Positions 20,468 to 33,629 of a stretch of DNA of 64,000 nt are shown one piece after another; the first letter of the stretch is position 1; each line of letters starts with the position of its first letter. The stretch is from Saccostrea echinata (taxonomy: Eukaryota), in assembly GCF_033153115.1 (NCBI RefSeq), contig NW_026889805.1:5332001-5396000 (forward strand), read 5' to 3'. The translations under genes and the position numbers were made by a program. The notes beneath the pieces were generated by a model, which ran no database searches, was not told the DNA's origin, and saw nothing but the letters and a program-made list of their open reading frames with translations.

Positions 20468-21081
20468 CAGGTGAGAAAAATATTCCGTATATCACTGATC
20501 TTTGTGATGCTGACTTTATATTTGTTCAAACAATGTTCCGTAAAACCAGTTCAAAATTATTTGCAGAGATATATATATTTGAAATAAGATTCAATCGCCT
20601 CGATAAAAGCAAATATGATTTGTCTAGTTATAAAAATCATCATCATGAATTAATAATTCAAGATTTTAATAAAACCATTTTCAGAGTCTTGATCCCCTTT
20701 AAATAAAACGAATTACATCAACTAGATGGCTTAATTTTATTCTTTTTTAACAACCACCATACTTATCCACTTCTTTAGAATATGCTTAATTTGTGCTAGG
20801 TTAATTTGTCCCGCGGGAAAGAAGGAATGATTAACAGACCTAGAAACCTTCTTCTTTGTAAAAAATATGAAATCTTTAATCTTAGCTAAGTTCTAAATTT
20901 ATTTACAACGAATAATTAAGGTCACACATCCAAATGCCTAAATGGCAACAGTGTAAATTCCTGCATTTGCTGGGAATGGTGCTCTTTATGACAACTGAAA
21001 TTTTTAACTTAAACACTACATATCATTTTTATATTCCTATTACTTAACACGTAAAATTTTAATTTTTTAATGATATTTTAG

Positions 21082-24000
21082 ACGGTTGTGACTCTGATAG
21101 AATTCGGTTTTTGTGGTCATGGATCATTAAATAATCTGGATAAACAACTACAAAGCATACTAAAGCACTACGCAGGAGGAATTTCTCCAGCACTAAGCGA
21201 GCGTCTTCAAGAAATCATCAGGTCCAATGTACAGACACATGACTTTGTTAAAAACACAAAGAAAGATAGAGAAACATCAACAAATAAAACACATCTGGAA
21301 AATGCTAATGGGAATAAAAATAAAACAAAAGATCAGTTAAAGAAATTGCCTGCTTCGGGGAAAGGAAATTCAAAAATGGTGGCGAAAACAAGTGAAGCGA
21401 CAGAGCGGACAAGCAATGACATAGAGAGAATGGTAACTGCAAATAGAACTGACGTGGAAAATCGATTCAAAAAACGGGAAAATATCCAAATCAGCGACAA
21501 TAACAGAAAAAGTGGAAATCAGGCAAAATTTGAACCAAATGTTGGAGGAAAAGTAAATATCGAACGTAAATCATCCGACATAAAAGTAACCACAGATCAC
21601 GTTAATACAAATATCACTACAGATCATATTAACGTTATTCAACCCGATGGTTATAAAAGAAAGCCTCTACAGACAGAGAAGAAGCCAATGAAAACCAAAA
21701 ATAGCGGTGTTTCTCAAATATCTAACAGTTCCACAGAAAAACAAAATGTCTCAAACTTAAATTTGCGAATAAAAGAGAACAAAAAAGACAGTTATCAACA
21801 AGTACCACTCATGCAAAATCATCCTAGAATGTCAATTATTGAAGTGAAAAACACTTCATCTACGAAAATTTCGAAATTAACAAACCAGTTGTCAACGAAA
21901 GGTCATATTTCACATACATCAAGTTATTCTCATTTGCCAATTTTTGAACGGAAAAATAATTTACCAACGAAAAAACATTTATCAGGTACAATTACAAAGA
22001 ACCACCAAGTGCTTAACTCAGGAAACCGTCCCAATCCATCAATGTCCAAAGTAAGCAGTAGTTTTTCTATGAAAGGGCATCTCCCAGAGATCCCAATACA
22101 CCAAAATAACTCTGGAATGTCAATAATGGGAAACCACCAACATGGTCTGCCCATTGCCAAAAGGAAAATTGATTTATCAACGAAAGGCCTAGCGCATTTT
22201 AGGGATACAACAAAACGTCATCAAGTGCATAATGGAGGAAACCGACCTGATAAGTCAATATTCAAAGACAAAACTAGTCTACCTATGAAGGAACACATTT
22301 TAAAGACACCAACACGCTATCAAATATCAACAATGGGAAAACACTATGATCTGCCAATTGTCAAAGCGAAAAGTGTAATATTAACAAAAGGGCACTTAAC
22401 AAAGACTACAAAAAATCAACAAACTTTATCACTGGAAAATAAAAATTCTGCCTTCAATCCTAAATACAAAAGCGAAAACATCAACTTCTCCCACTTTTCT
22501 TCATTGTCAAGAAATCATCCAGCACAACATGTATACAATGGAAAAGAGTATGGAAGAGAACTATCGAATAAGCAATTCAAAAGGAACCATGATAAGTCTT
22601 TAAAATCACACTTGTCAGTTCCAATAAAAACCGAACAAGAATTGTCAACAGCAATATTTACCTTTAGTCCCCCAAAACAATTTCATGAAAATGAACAAAT
22701 GAAACTTCGTAGGTCTTTTAAACCTTTTATTCGACAAATTAAAAAGAAATTTTCTTTAACGCCTTCTGAGAATCAAATAAATCGCCCTCGACCTTTCGAA
22801 ATCGTATCCAACCACAGAAAAAGTATGTTGACGAACAAACAAACGACACAAGCCACAAATTCATGGAAAAGACCCGTTCCAGAAACACACGTTGCTTGGG
22901 AAAATATACCAAAAAAACATACCCAAATAATACAACCTCCAAATGCAATTTATGATCAACTGAATCTCCAGTCCTCAAACAATTATTACTACGATAATAC
23001 TAATCAGGAAACTCTTCCAGTCAAAAGACAATATCCACGGAATTCGCTTGGACAGCTACCGGGCATATCGTCTTTGCATAATGAGCAAAGTTGGAACAAA
23101 GAGTTTTCCTCTGGAACAAATAACCAGCTGCAACATCCAAATCAGCCAAATCCCGATAGATTGACAATTAGTTTTCAAGGATTCAATAAGCTTGACAAAA
23201 CAAAGTCACTTGCAGGATCACCTGAACGCTTCAGTAACTCGATGATAAACAGTAATAGGAAGACACATAGTCTCACCAAAACAGACAATTTTTCAGGAAC
23301 AAAATCATCGAGTTCGGGTTCATTTAACGTTGACATGTATATTCCAGACACACAAAAAGAGAGTAAGTTACCTTCTCAAAAGTGGCAAAAACAACCAAGT
23401 GTCGTATACTCTAACTTTCAGGATAGCTCACAAAAGAATAACCTGAAAAACAGGCAACAGTCCTCGCCACAGAAACCAAATAAAGACAAAAATTTCCAAT
23501 CTCAACAAAGGTTAACTCATCCAAGTGTTGTATACTCTAAATTTCAGGATAATTCACACCAACAAAACTGGGAAATACAAAACCAATGGAAAAAACCCAA
23601 GGACTTACGAAGTCAAAGGTTTAACGAAAACACCGGAACACATATTAGTAATAACTTTATACACACTACTACACTACCTCCATATTTCAATCCTGCTTCT
23701 TCTCCATCAATGTATGCACCTCCAAACAGGCCAAATTTACAGCCAGGCATAGCTACATTTACTCAAAACAATGCAAGAGCTGGACAGAACCTAGGATGGA
23801 ATGGTTTCACAACGCCTTTATATGATAAACAGAAATCAGTATTATATTCAAAATCTGCAGTTGCTCCTTTCTATGACCACAAGCCTATTGATAATCAAAT
23901 GACTACTCCGTCTGTAATAACAATTGCTCCCAATTTCTTATACAACCAGGAACAAAAACCACCACACCCTTCAAAGTTCTCGCAGCAAAGAATGAATCCA

Positions 24001-25920
24001 AACTCACAAAATTCAATGAATGACATATCGCTATATCAAGAAAGAAAGAACAATGTGAATACATGGGTCTATTCTTCTACCATACCACCTACACAAACGG
24101 CAGTACCAACAACATATCAAAATACATTTTTGAAACAAGAGATATTTGCTACGAAAGCACCAAACGAATGGATGCGAGCTGGTATTGATAACCAAAATAT
24201 TGAAAATCGGAATATTTATAGTACCAAAACACCAACAGATATATCAGGACAGAAGGGAGAAAATCAGCATCAACAGTATCGTAATCAACAAAATCACCAG
24301 CAAAATAATATCAATCATTACCAACAATTTCAAACACAACATGAAGTTTATCAACATCAATCACCTCAATCCAACCAACCAAATGAATCCCAAATGAATC
24401 AAGATTTCCAAACACAACAAACATATCTTCAAAAATATAAACAAACACAGCTAAAAAACCAAAATGCATTCTCAAATCCTGGACAATTTCAACCACAAAA
24501 CGAAAAAACAAGCCAAACGAAATCGTTTTCTGATCAACAAACATTCAACAAGAAAAGCAATTATCAGCGAGAAACCCCATCCTTAGTTCATCATCAACAA
24601 CGAACCGAGCACTTTGGTCAACAACAACGAACGTTATCAAATCAACATCAACAACAGGCAAGTCAATATCAAAATGAGCAATTCAATCAAGGATACCAAA
24701 CTTCTTTCCAGAAATATAAAAAATCCAGTCTACAGCAAAATAAGAATTTTGGTTGGCAAAAACAAAGACAGCAACCAAACCAATATCAAAATGAGCAAAT
24801 GGAAAATCTACCAAATAAACAACCAATTGAACAGACACTCGGGGGAGTGGGTCATCAGAAGCAAAACTTGCTCGGAAAACATCAACAACCACGTCAACAG
24901 CAAAATAAAATAGACCAACAACAACATAATTTATTTGGAAATCAACAACACCAACAACCAAATCATCTGCAAAATGGACAAACTGGTCAAAATCAACAAA
25001 ACTCGTTCATAAATAATCCATCAGTTCAACAACAAAATACGCAAGCTGATCAACAGCTTCAAGATTCTTTTGGAAATCATCATCAACAAAACAATCAATC
25101 GCTAACTGTACAGACGGGTCGACAACAGCAAAGCTCAATCGGTATTCAGCAGCAGCAACAATCAGGCAAACACCAAAATACGCAAGAAAACTCTATGCAG
25201 AATCAGAATCATTCAGAACAACCTCAACAAGAAAACAAATTCAACCAACAAATTCAGTCTATTCAGCAGCAACAATCAAACAACCTGCAAAATCAACAAC
25301 AGGATATCAGATTTCCAAAACAAATGCAGGAACAACAGCAAGTAAATAGTTTCCATTCAAATCAGCAAGGGCAATCTGTTCAACATCAGCAACAACAAAA
25401 CCAGCAACCTGTCAATGACGGTAGAAATATGAAAAGCAATTTTCCAGTAAATACGAGACCAATTAGAAGGAGACCCAAAAATATTCCAGCGCCTGCTTAC
25501 GTAAGTAATTATTTGAATGATGGTATGTTGTTTGACTAAGTTAATAAGGAATATACTGACAAAAATATTTTTGCGGGGGAGGTGCCCCCCCTTCCGTTCC
25601 CCAGGTTCCTACGGGCCTGAGAGCGCAGTTGGTGTCTATACAAATCTAGTGCATTCTGCGTTCAACAATATTGGCATTTTACAGGGATTTTAAAGAAAGA
25701 AATATATAATATACTAGCAATTTACTAGTATAATTCCTTTAAAAAAAAAAACTAAAAAATGTAAAAAATATTTTTCAAAAATTTATAGATATTTTTATTT
25801 GAACAATAAAATGGGTTAGAGTATAAGAATCAATATTGCAGCCGTTACAGATAAAATACATAACCCGCGTAAGCGAGTAATGTAAATTTTTTTTCTGCAA
25901 TAGCTGCAACGTTAGTTCCC

Positions 25921-25960
<40 letters not shown>

Positions 25961-27466
25961 TTTCCTGTTGAAATAAAGTATATTTTGAACAGTTGGCATT
26001 CGGCGTGTACTATCCAGATGGTACAACCACAGAAGAGGAGCACGATCTTTTGGGAAAATCCATCCACACTATAACATCATATGACGCAGACAACAGTTCA
26101 CATATATCGGACTACCTCACAATGGACCATGGATGGGTGTGTGAGAACATCGTACCTCTTTCTTTAATATTAATTATAATTTATAAACCTATAAAAGATT
26201 TAATATTTGTCTTTAAAATATTTTTGACAGAATACATTTGGATTGGTGTCACAAGGCAACAACAAAGACACGTGTTATGTTGGGAAATTACAAGCTGATC
26301 TCATGAAATCATTTGAGGAGATGGTGAACAAGACAAGATTCTCCGACGTAAGTCTTCAGAGAAGTTCTCCTCACAGGTACCACACATATAGAAGTATCAT
26401 TAGATTTAATTGTAGAGTTGTTTTTTTTTCTTTATAGATTCCATTTATTGAGGCAAACTCAAATAAGTTCGTATACACAGAAGTCCAACAGATAGATTAC
26501 AACCGGGCTGTTTACGAAGTCGGGGGCTTTGTCTCGGATTCGTGTGGAAACAGAGCCAATATATTTCTTGTAGAAAGACCCCGTCATGGACGTGAGTTTT
26601 ACTCAATAACTCCCCCTTCAAATATAAAGAAAATGTGCGATAGCAGCTGGATTTGAATTTTAAAACAAATCTGCTATGACAATCAACAAATATGTCCTCT
26701 TTTCGATATTAAAATAAAATCACAAAGGTTGTACTTATACTGGTAACTCTCTCTAAATCAAAGAATGGTAAATACGATTGATGAGGAACATACACAGAGT
26801 CATAAGAAGATAAAATTCACAGAAGTTTCCTGGTTATTTCTCACCTTAAAGTTTTTTTTTAATCAATTTTCACACACAAGATATATACATAAGATACGAT
26901 GCTGGATAAAATATTCACATTGTAAATAGACTGTAAATTGAGCGTAAGCGTAAACCCTCTGTTTTGATGCAAAAGTATTCTAAATCAATAAAATGTAAGA
27001 ACATTTCTAAATCCATCAAAAGCCATTTTATTTTGAAACAGGAGCCGTAGGTGTTTATTTGATGGTAAACTGTTGAATTGTTCTGGATGTCACTCAATAA
27101 GGGGAGCGGGAAGGGCGCTTAACCAATACCTTGTTTTCTCGCAACATGAACAAACACTCCTCAACACATTATCTACACAATTACATTACAAAATAAATTT
27201 GAAATGAGAGAGAGGAAGTAAGTACCTTTTTGAGATATTTGTTATTTTCAGGGTTCAAGGCCGGCAGAAAGTTCATTCCTCCCACTGCCTGTTCATTCGG
27301 TCCTCCTCAGCAGCGTATGAACAACGCCTTGTTGAAGTGTAGCATGGGAACTTGTCGTGGAAATTACAGTTGCAATACAAAATACAACATATGTTGCCCA
27401 AAAAGTAGGTCTTCAATAATAGTTTTAGCATTTTTAAGACAGATGTTACAGGCTTTGCTGTTGTAA
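21082..27466 (+). CDS. Large low-complexity (K/H-rich then Q/N-rich) protein with BRICHOS-like domain and C-terminal lustrin-type 6-Cys module. Exons 21082-25500, 25993-26136, 26231-26347, 26438-26591, 27252-27466 (or donor at 27404); first exon not located
   Basis: 4.4-kb open exon bounded by tttag| and |gtaagt. The downstream exons join in frame (phases 0,0,0,1) to give ..MDHGWNTFGLVSQGNNKDTCYVGKL..VGGFVSDSCGNRANIFLVER.. then CSFGPP..C..C..YSC..CCP. Confidence 0.8.
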
Positions 27467-28854
27467 GATATGTCTTTTATGTTCATTGTCCCCCGATTTC
27501 GTGAAAAATATCATTCGTCTTTCTGTTCCCTTGTCAGTCTTTCTTTCTTTCATAAAAAACTTTAACATTGGACCTAACTTTTGAATGAGAAAAGATATGG
27601 CTTTCATATTTCACATGTGCATTACCTGTGACAAGAACTTTTAGAATGTACTATGATTTACGACCTCATGACCTTGTAGTTTGCAACGTTTTAACCTTGG
27701 TAATGACTTTTGTATGAGAGAAGACAGGTCTTTCATTATTACGCATTACCTGTTCATGCATTACCTGTTACCAGAACATACAACGACTTTTTATCTTATA
27801 ATTTTGACCTTGACATTGGAACTACTTTTCAAAAAGTACTACATGTATATACGGTAAAAGCATGAGGCTGTGTGTAAATCATGTGATAACAAGATTAATT
27901 GTTGTTGAAGTATGATTTTATCCAACTCATTGTGTGTTCTCTATCTCAATCCTTGGCGAGGGGATAAAACACACAACTCATTAGATAAAAGTCATATCCA
28001 ACCATAACCATGGGGGTTCCTATATTTATTGCATTAAAATATGCAAACTTTTCCCTGGTTTAGAATTTATTTAAATATTTCTACATCAAAGATTAATTTT
28101 GGACATTACAGGATAATATAGTTCTTTCAACCTTGGCTGTAGCTTCTGAACGAGAGGAGATAAGGCCATCATATTTCATATATGCATCATTTACCTGTGA
28201 CAAGACCTTTCCTAGGGTCCTTGAATTTTGACCTGCTTAAAAAAACCTTGACCTTAGCTTTTGCAAATGAAGAAACAGGGCTTCATGTGCATTACCTGTG
28301 ACAAGACTATTTTGAATGTACTATGGCTTCATGGCCATTGGGCTAGTCCGATCGAAGTTTAACTTTCAAAAACTTGAACCATCGCCGTAAGTCATCCTCT
28401 CAACATCAGAGGCCCGAGCCCCTGGAAACTCTGACAAATTTCTTCCGGGTCAGCTTCTCTCATTGAGAAGCACCATCTAAGTGGAGCTTTCATAAGTTTA
28501 CATGAAATATAAACAGAAAGGAAGCAGTTGACACCTCAATGCACGTGTAACAAGTTGTTTTTCAAAAAGGCTTAATGTCATTGACCGAGAGACAAGAAAA
28601 CAATGTGATTTCCACGAAAGACGTCGCTGCGATCAGCCCTTAAAAAATTAATGAAGCTTGTCAGTGGTCCCTCGGTCACTGTTGGACTTGAGATCCTTGA
28701 CGTTTTGTGTGGATGTACCATAAATTTGCACTAGAACATATAACATGTACTTCAAAATATTAATATAAAACTTTCTTATAAAAGTATGATGGAAGACAAG
28801 GCAGTTACAATATGCAATTTAATGTTGCATTCGAACCGATCAAATTGTTGAAAT

Positions 28855-29590
28855 GAAGAAAACACTTGCTGTGGCGTTCAACTCGACATTTAGATATATC
28901 GACGACGTATTGTCAATTAACAATGGCTATTTTCATTCTTATGTCGATACGATATATCCCGGTGAACTTGAGATAAAAGATACCACCGAGTCTGACACAT
29001 CTGTTTCATATTTGGATATTTTACTTGAAAAAGACGTTCATGGTAATCTAACAACCTTTATGATAAACGTGATGACTTTAACTTTTCAATCGTCAACTTC
29101 CCTTACTTATGCAGCAATATACCTTCATCACCTGCATACGGGGTATACATTTCTCAGTTGATTCGATACGCAAGAGCATGCTCTACGTATGTACAATTTC
29201 TAAAACGAGGTAAATTATTGACAAATAAGTTGATGAAACAAGAATATCAGCTGTCTCGTTTAAAGTCATCATTTCGTAAGTTCTATGGTCGATACAATGA
29301 CCTTGTCAGCAAATACAATTTATCATTGAGTCAAATGCTGACTGACGTTTTTCATACTAATTGTTAGGCCATTATTTACACACTGAATTGTCGACGGATT
29401 TTTCCGTTATTTCCCGATCATGACAAGGAGCACACGGCGGATGTGACCAGTCGGCAGGGGATGCTCACTCCTCCATGGCACCTGATCCCACCTCTGATGT
29501 TTGGAGGTCCGTGTTTGCTCTGCTCCTATTTTGTATTGTATAATGGACTTTTGAGCTTGAATACTGTTCGTTATCTCCATATATTTCATG
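28855..29590 (+). mobile_element. 5'-truncated Penelope-like retroelement (C-terminal RT, Naiad-like), frameshifted
   Basis: FRYIDDVLSINN..YPGELEIKDT..SYLDI..DKRDDFNF..SNIPSSPAYGVYISQLIRYARACS, with the ORF ending right after RT. It is absent from the duplicate copy (empty site aaattgttgaaatacgatttg at ~57190-57210). Confidence 0.85.
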
Positions 29591-29624
29591 ATACGATTTG
29601 TACCTTTTCATATATCTCGATCAC

Positions 29625-29930
29625 GTCGCCCGCGTGGCGCAGTGGTAAGAGCATTTGCTCTAGGATCGAGGAGTAAGTTGATCCTTGCCTCGCGGCGGTT
29701 TCGAATCCACCTTATGACGTGGAGATCAGTCTTTCATGATCAGATGAGACCGTATAAACCGAGGTAGGTGCTGTAGGTGCAGGAGGTGCTGGCACAAAAA
29801 CCTCTGTCTAAAAAGTGTCAGTGTCGAATACAGGTCTAAATTTGCAGTCCTCCACCGGCAAAGACTGCAAATTTAATTTCTATATGAGTAAAAAATTCTC
29901 GAAGGGATGTAAAATAGCAAACAAACAAAT
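29625..29930 (+). mobile_element. tRNA-derived SINE (paralogous copy at ~57235-57520)
   Basis: A box tggcgcagtgg, B box gtttcgaatcc, Deu/Nin-like gatgagaccgtataaaccgagg and an aaacaaac tail. Confidence 0.75.
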
Positions 29931-30229
29931 ATCTCGACCACAGGAGCTTATTTTTTTATAAACAATTTTTCTAGCGTATACTGCAATGTGTTAATATATT
30001 TTCCATAAAATTTCTTATGTTTGCAATACTATAACAAGTCTTTTGGTACAAAAGTGATTTACGCTAACCTTTAACAAAACTTGGAAATCAGGGATGTGTG
30101 AAATTCTTTCAAATCGCTTCCTCTACATTCAATAAAATCTGGTACACAAGTAAATGAAACTTAGATTAGTTTAATTATGATTAAAGTGCTTTAAACATTC
30201 TTTCCAACGCATATTGTTCTATGAAAATT

Positions 30230-30525
30230 CTCGGCCGTAGCTCAGTCGTGCCCAAGCCCCGGCCGCGATAGTCATAAGTCGATAAAAAAAAAAAAGGTAG
30301 TAACTGCTCCTCCGCCAAGCGCTCGGCACTTCGAAATGAAGGTTGCAAGTCTTTCGGATTAGACCTTAAAAAACTGAGGCCCCGTGTTATAGTAGGCATT
30401 ATAATGATAAAGATCCCTTACTGCTAAGTGCCGAGTAATGGTCTAAATTTGACGCCCTTCACCGGTATAATTATGGTGACGTCTCTATATGAGTGAAAAA
30501 TTATTTCATGGGAAGTAAAACAACA
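30230..30525 (+). mobile_element. Degenerate tRNA-derived SINE (Meta/Deu-like; copy at ~57855-58150)
   Basis: gtagctcagt head, tgctcctccgccaagcgctcggca and tctttcggat..accttaaaaa.cgagg.cccgtgt; the 3' end is shared with the other SINEs. Confidence 0.6.
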
Positions 30526-30917
30526 TTTTATGCGACAGTAAGGTGTCCGTCTGGCTGTCTGTCTGTTTGTAAACAATTTTTTTTCAAAATGCCACTTCTC
30601 CTACAGTTTTGCTCCAATTTAAATATAACTTGGAACACAAGAAGACTACATAATTCTGTGTATCAGTTTTTGATTTCAGTGAACGGTGTTGCCAGGGTTA
30701 CTAAAAATAGAATTTTCTCTGAAATTCTTTCAAAAGTTACTCCTCCTACAGTTTTAGTCGGATTTCAATATTCGTAACTTGGTACATAAGTAGACTACAA
30801 AAAGATAAATAATTCTATATATTGGTTTGATTTCACAGAATGGTGTTGTCATGGTTACTAAAAATAGAATTTTCTCTGAAATTCTTTCAAAACGCTACTT
30901 CTCCTGCTACAGTTTTT

Positions 30918-30932
30918 AGCTCACCTGAGCCA

Positions 30933-30974
<42 letters not shown>

Positions 30975-30996
30975 TGTCGGCGTCGGCGTCGTCGGC

Positions 30997-31038
<42 letters not shown>

Positions 31039-32953
31039 AAGAACCACTGAGCCGATTTCAACCAAACTTGCCACAAAGTATCCTTGGGTGAAGGGGATTC
31101 AGGTTTGTTCAAATGAAGGGCCATGCCCTCTTTCAAGGGGAGATAATAAAGAATTAGTGAAAAATTAATAGCATCTTTTAAAAATCTTCTTGTCAAGAAC
31201 AACAGAGCCAGGGAAGATGAAACTCATGTGGAAGCATTCTCAGGTAGTGTAGATTCAAGTTTGTTCAAATCATGACCCCCGGGGGTAGGGTGGGGCCACA
31301 ATGGAGGATCAAAGTTTTACATAGAAATATATAGGAAAAACCTTTAAAAATCTTCTTCTCAAGAACAGCAAAGCCATGATGAGTCATATTTATATAGAAG
31401 CATGCTCAGGTAGTAAAAATTCAAATTTGTTCAAATCATGACCCCCGGGGGTAGGGCGGGGCCACAATGGAGGATCAAAGTTTTACATAGAAATATATAG
31501 GAAAAATCTTTAAAAATCTTCTTCTCAAGAACAGCAAAGCCCTAATTGGTCATATTTATATGAAAGCATCCTCAGGTAGTGTAGATTCAAGTTTGTTCAA
31601 ATCATGACACCCGGGGGTAGGGCGGGGCCACAATGGAGGATCAAAGTTTTACATAGAAATAAATAGGAAAAACCTTTAAAAATCTTCTTCTCAAGAACAG
31701 CAAAGCCATGATGAGTCATATTTATATGGAAGCATCCTCAAGTAGTGAAGATTCAAGTTTGTTCAAATCATGACCCCCGAGGGTAGGGCAGGGCCACAAT
31801 GGAGGATCAAAGTTTTACATAGAAATGTATAGGAAAAATCTTTAAAAAATCTTCTTCTCAAGAACAGCAAAGCCCTGATTAGTCATATTTATATGGAAGC
31901 ATCCTCAGGTAGTAAAAATTCAAATTTGTTCAAATCATGACCCCCGAGGGTAGGGCGGGGCCACAATGGAGGATCAAAGTTTTACATAGAAATGTATAGG
32001 AAAAATCTTTAAAAAATCTTCTTCTCAAGAACAGCAAAGCCCTGATTGGTCATATTTATGTGGAAGCATCCTCAGGTTGTAAAAATTCAAATTTGTTCAA
32101 ATCATGACCCCTTGGTGTAGGGCGGGGCCACAATGGAGGATCAAAGTTTTACATAGAAATATATAGGAAAAATTTTAAAAATCTTCTTCTCAGGAACAGC
32201 AAAGCCCTGATTGATCATATTTATTTGGAAGTATCCTCAGGTTGTGTAAATTCAAGATTGTTCAAATCATGACCCCCTGGGGTAGGGCGGGGCCACAATG
32301 GAGGATCAAAGTCTTAAATAGAAATATATAGGTAAATATCTTCTGATGAAGAACTGTAAAGCCATGATTAGTCATTTTGATATGGAAGCATCCTCAGGTA
32401 GTGTAAATTCAAGTTTGTTAAAATGATGACCCCCCGGGGATAGGGATGGGCCACAATGGGGGGTCGAAAATTTTACATAGGAACATATAGGAAAATATCC
32501 TCTTCTCAAGAACTGAAAATCATGTTTAGTCATTTTGATATGGAAGCATCCTCAGATAGTGTAAATTCAAATTCGTTCAAATGATGACCCCTGGGGTAGG
32601 GTGGGGCCCAATGGGGGATTGAAAGTTTTACATAAGAACATGCAGAAAAAATATTTCTTCTCAAGAACAGAAAAGCTATGTTTAGTCATATTGAAATGGA
32701 AGCATCCTCAGGTAGTGTAGATTCAAATTTTCAAATATTGACCTCTGGGATAGGGAGGAGCCACAATGGGGGATCAAATTTTTACAAAGGATTATATGGG
32801 AAAAATTTTTCAAAAAATTTACTCAAGTACAACAAAGCCATTTGTTATATTGACATGGAAGCATCATCAGGTATCCCCCCCTCCCCCCCCCCCCCGGTAA
32901 CCTTTTCAATACTGAACTGATTTGTGCTTTTGTGCTTTTGCCTAGCCAATGTG

Positions 32954-32986
<33 letters not shown>
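30918..32986 (+). mobile_element. Helentron/HINE element carrying ~10 tandem copies of a ~166-bp satellite monomer
   Basis: Termini agctcacctgagc..gctcaagtgagc and ctcaggtgagcgatgtggcccatgggcctcttg in a T-run, with a (gtc/ggc) microsatellite. tcaaatcatgacccc recurs every ~166 bp. Absent from duplicate copy 2 (~58525). Confidence 0.92.
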
Positions 32987-32989
<3 letters not shown>

Positions 32990-33629
32990 CCAAGTGCAAT
33001 TAAAATTGACTCAGAAAAAAAAAAACTAAACCAAGGATCATTATTTTATTTATTGCTGTTGTCATAGTTTCAAGTCAAACTTCTACTTTTTTAATTAAAT
33101 AAAAACCAGTAAAGCTACATTCTTGTCAGAGACTTCTGGTTTTAAATATTTATATCTTACTTTTAAGTATGAAGAGATAAAACTGTCTTTTTTTCAGGGC
33201 CAAGCAATACAAAATGTCGGAAGATGTCTATTGGAAAGTTTTGTGTGATTCACGCGCCACAGTACGGTTATTATCCAGGCTGAGAGATGTTCGACTGAGA
33301 GTACACGAGTACTCTATCCATAAGCCGAGGCATGAAACAGTCATCGGCATCTGATTATGAGAAAAGTCCCCATGTAACCTGTCTTTGTATGCAGTGCTTG
33401 TTTTGTTGGTGCCAAATTCTGAGAGAATTTCTTCAAATTTTTTTTAATGTTATTTGAAATAAAATTGTCCAACATATTTAAGATATTATAGACTTTTAAT
33501 GATCAACTATTTCCTCTGATTTTCCTGTATTTTCAAATCTTGGTGAAAAAGGGATTTGTTCACTCTTAGAATTAAGACATGATTTTGACAATTCTTATGA
33601 CTTATTACAACATTCTCAACTACCAGGTA

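Noticed and set aside
25501-25539. C-terminus VSNYLNDGMLFD* of the 1483-aa ORF
   Set aside because: It begins with a consensus gtaagt donor, so it is intron read-through; the downstream exons continue in frame.
29625-29712. Possible tRNA gene
   Set aside because: It is the tRNA-derived head of a SINE and continues into SINE body and tail.
31100-32870. Regularly spaced repeats resembling a CRISPR array
   Set aside because: Whole ~166-bp monomers repeat with no unique spacers, the context is eukaryotic, and no cas genes are present; it is satellite within a Helentron.
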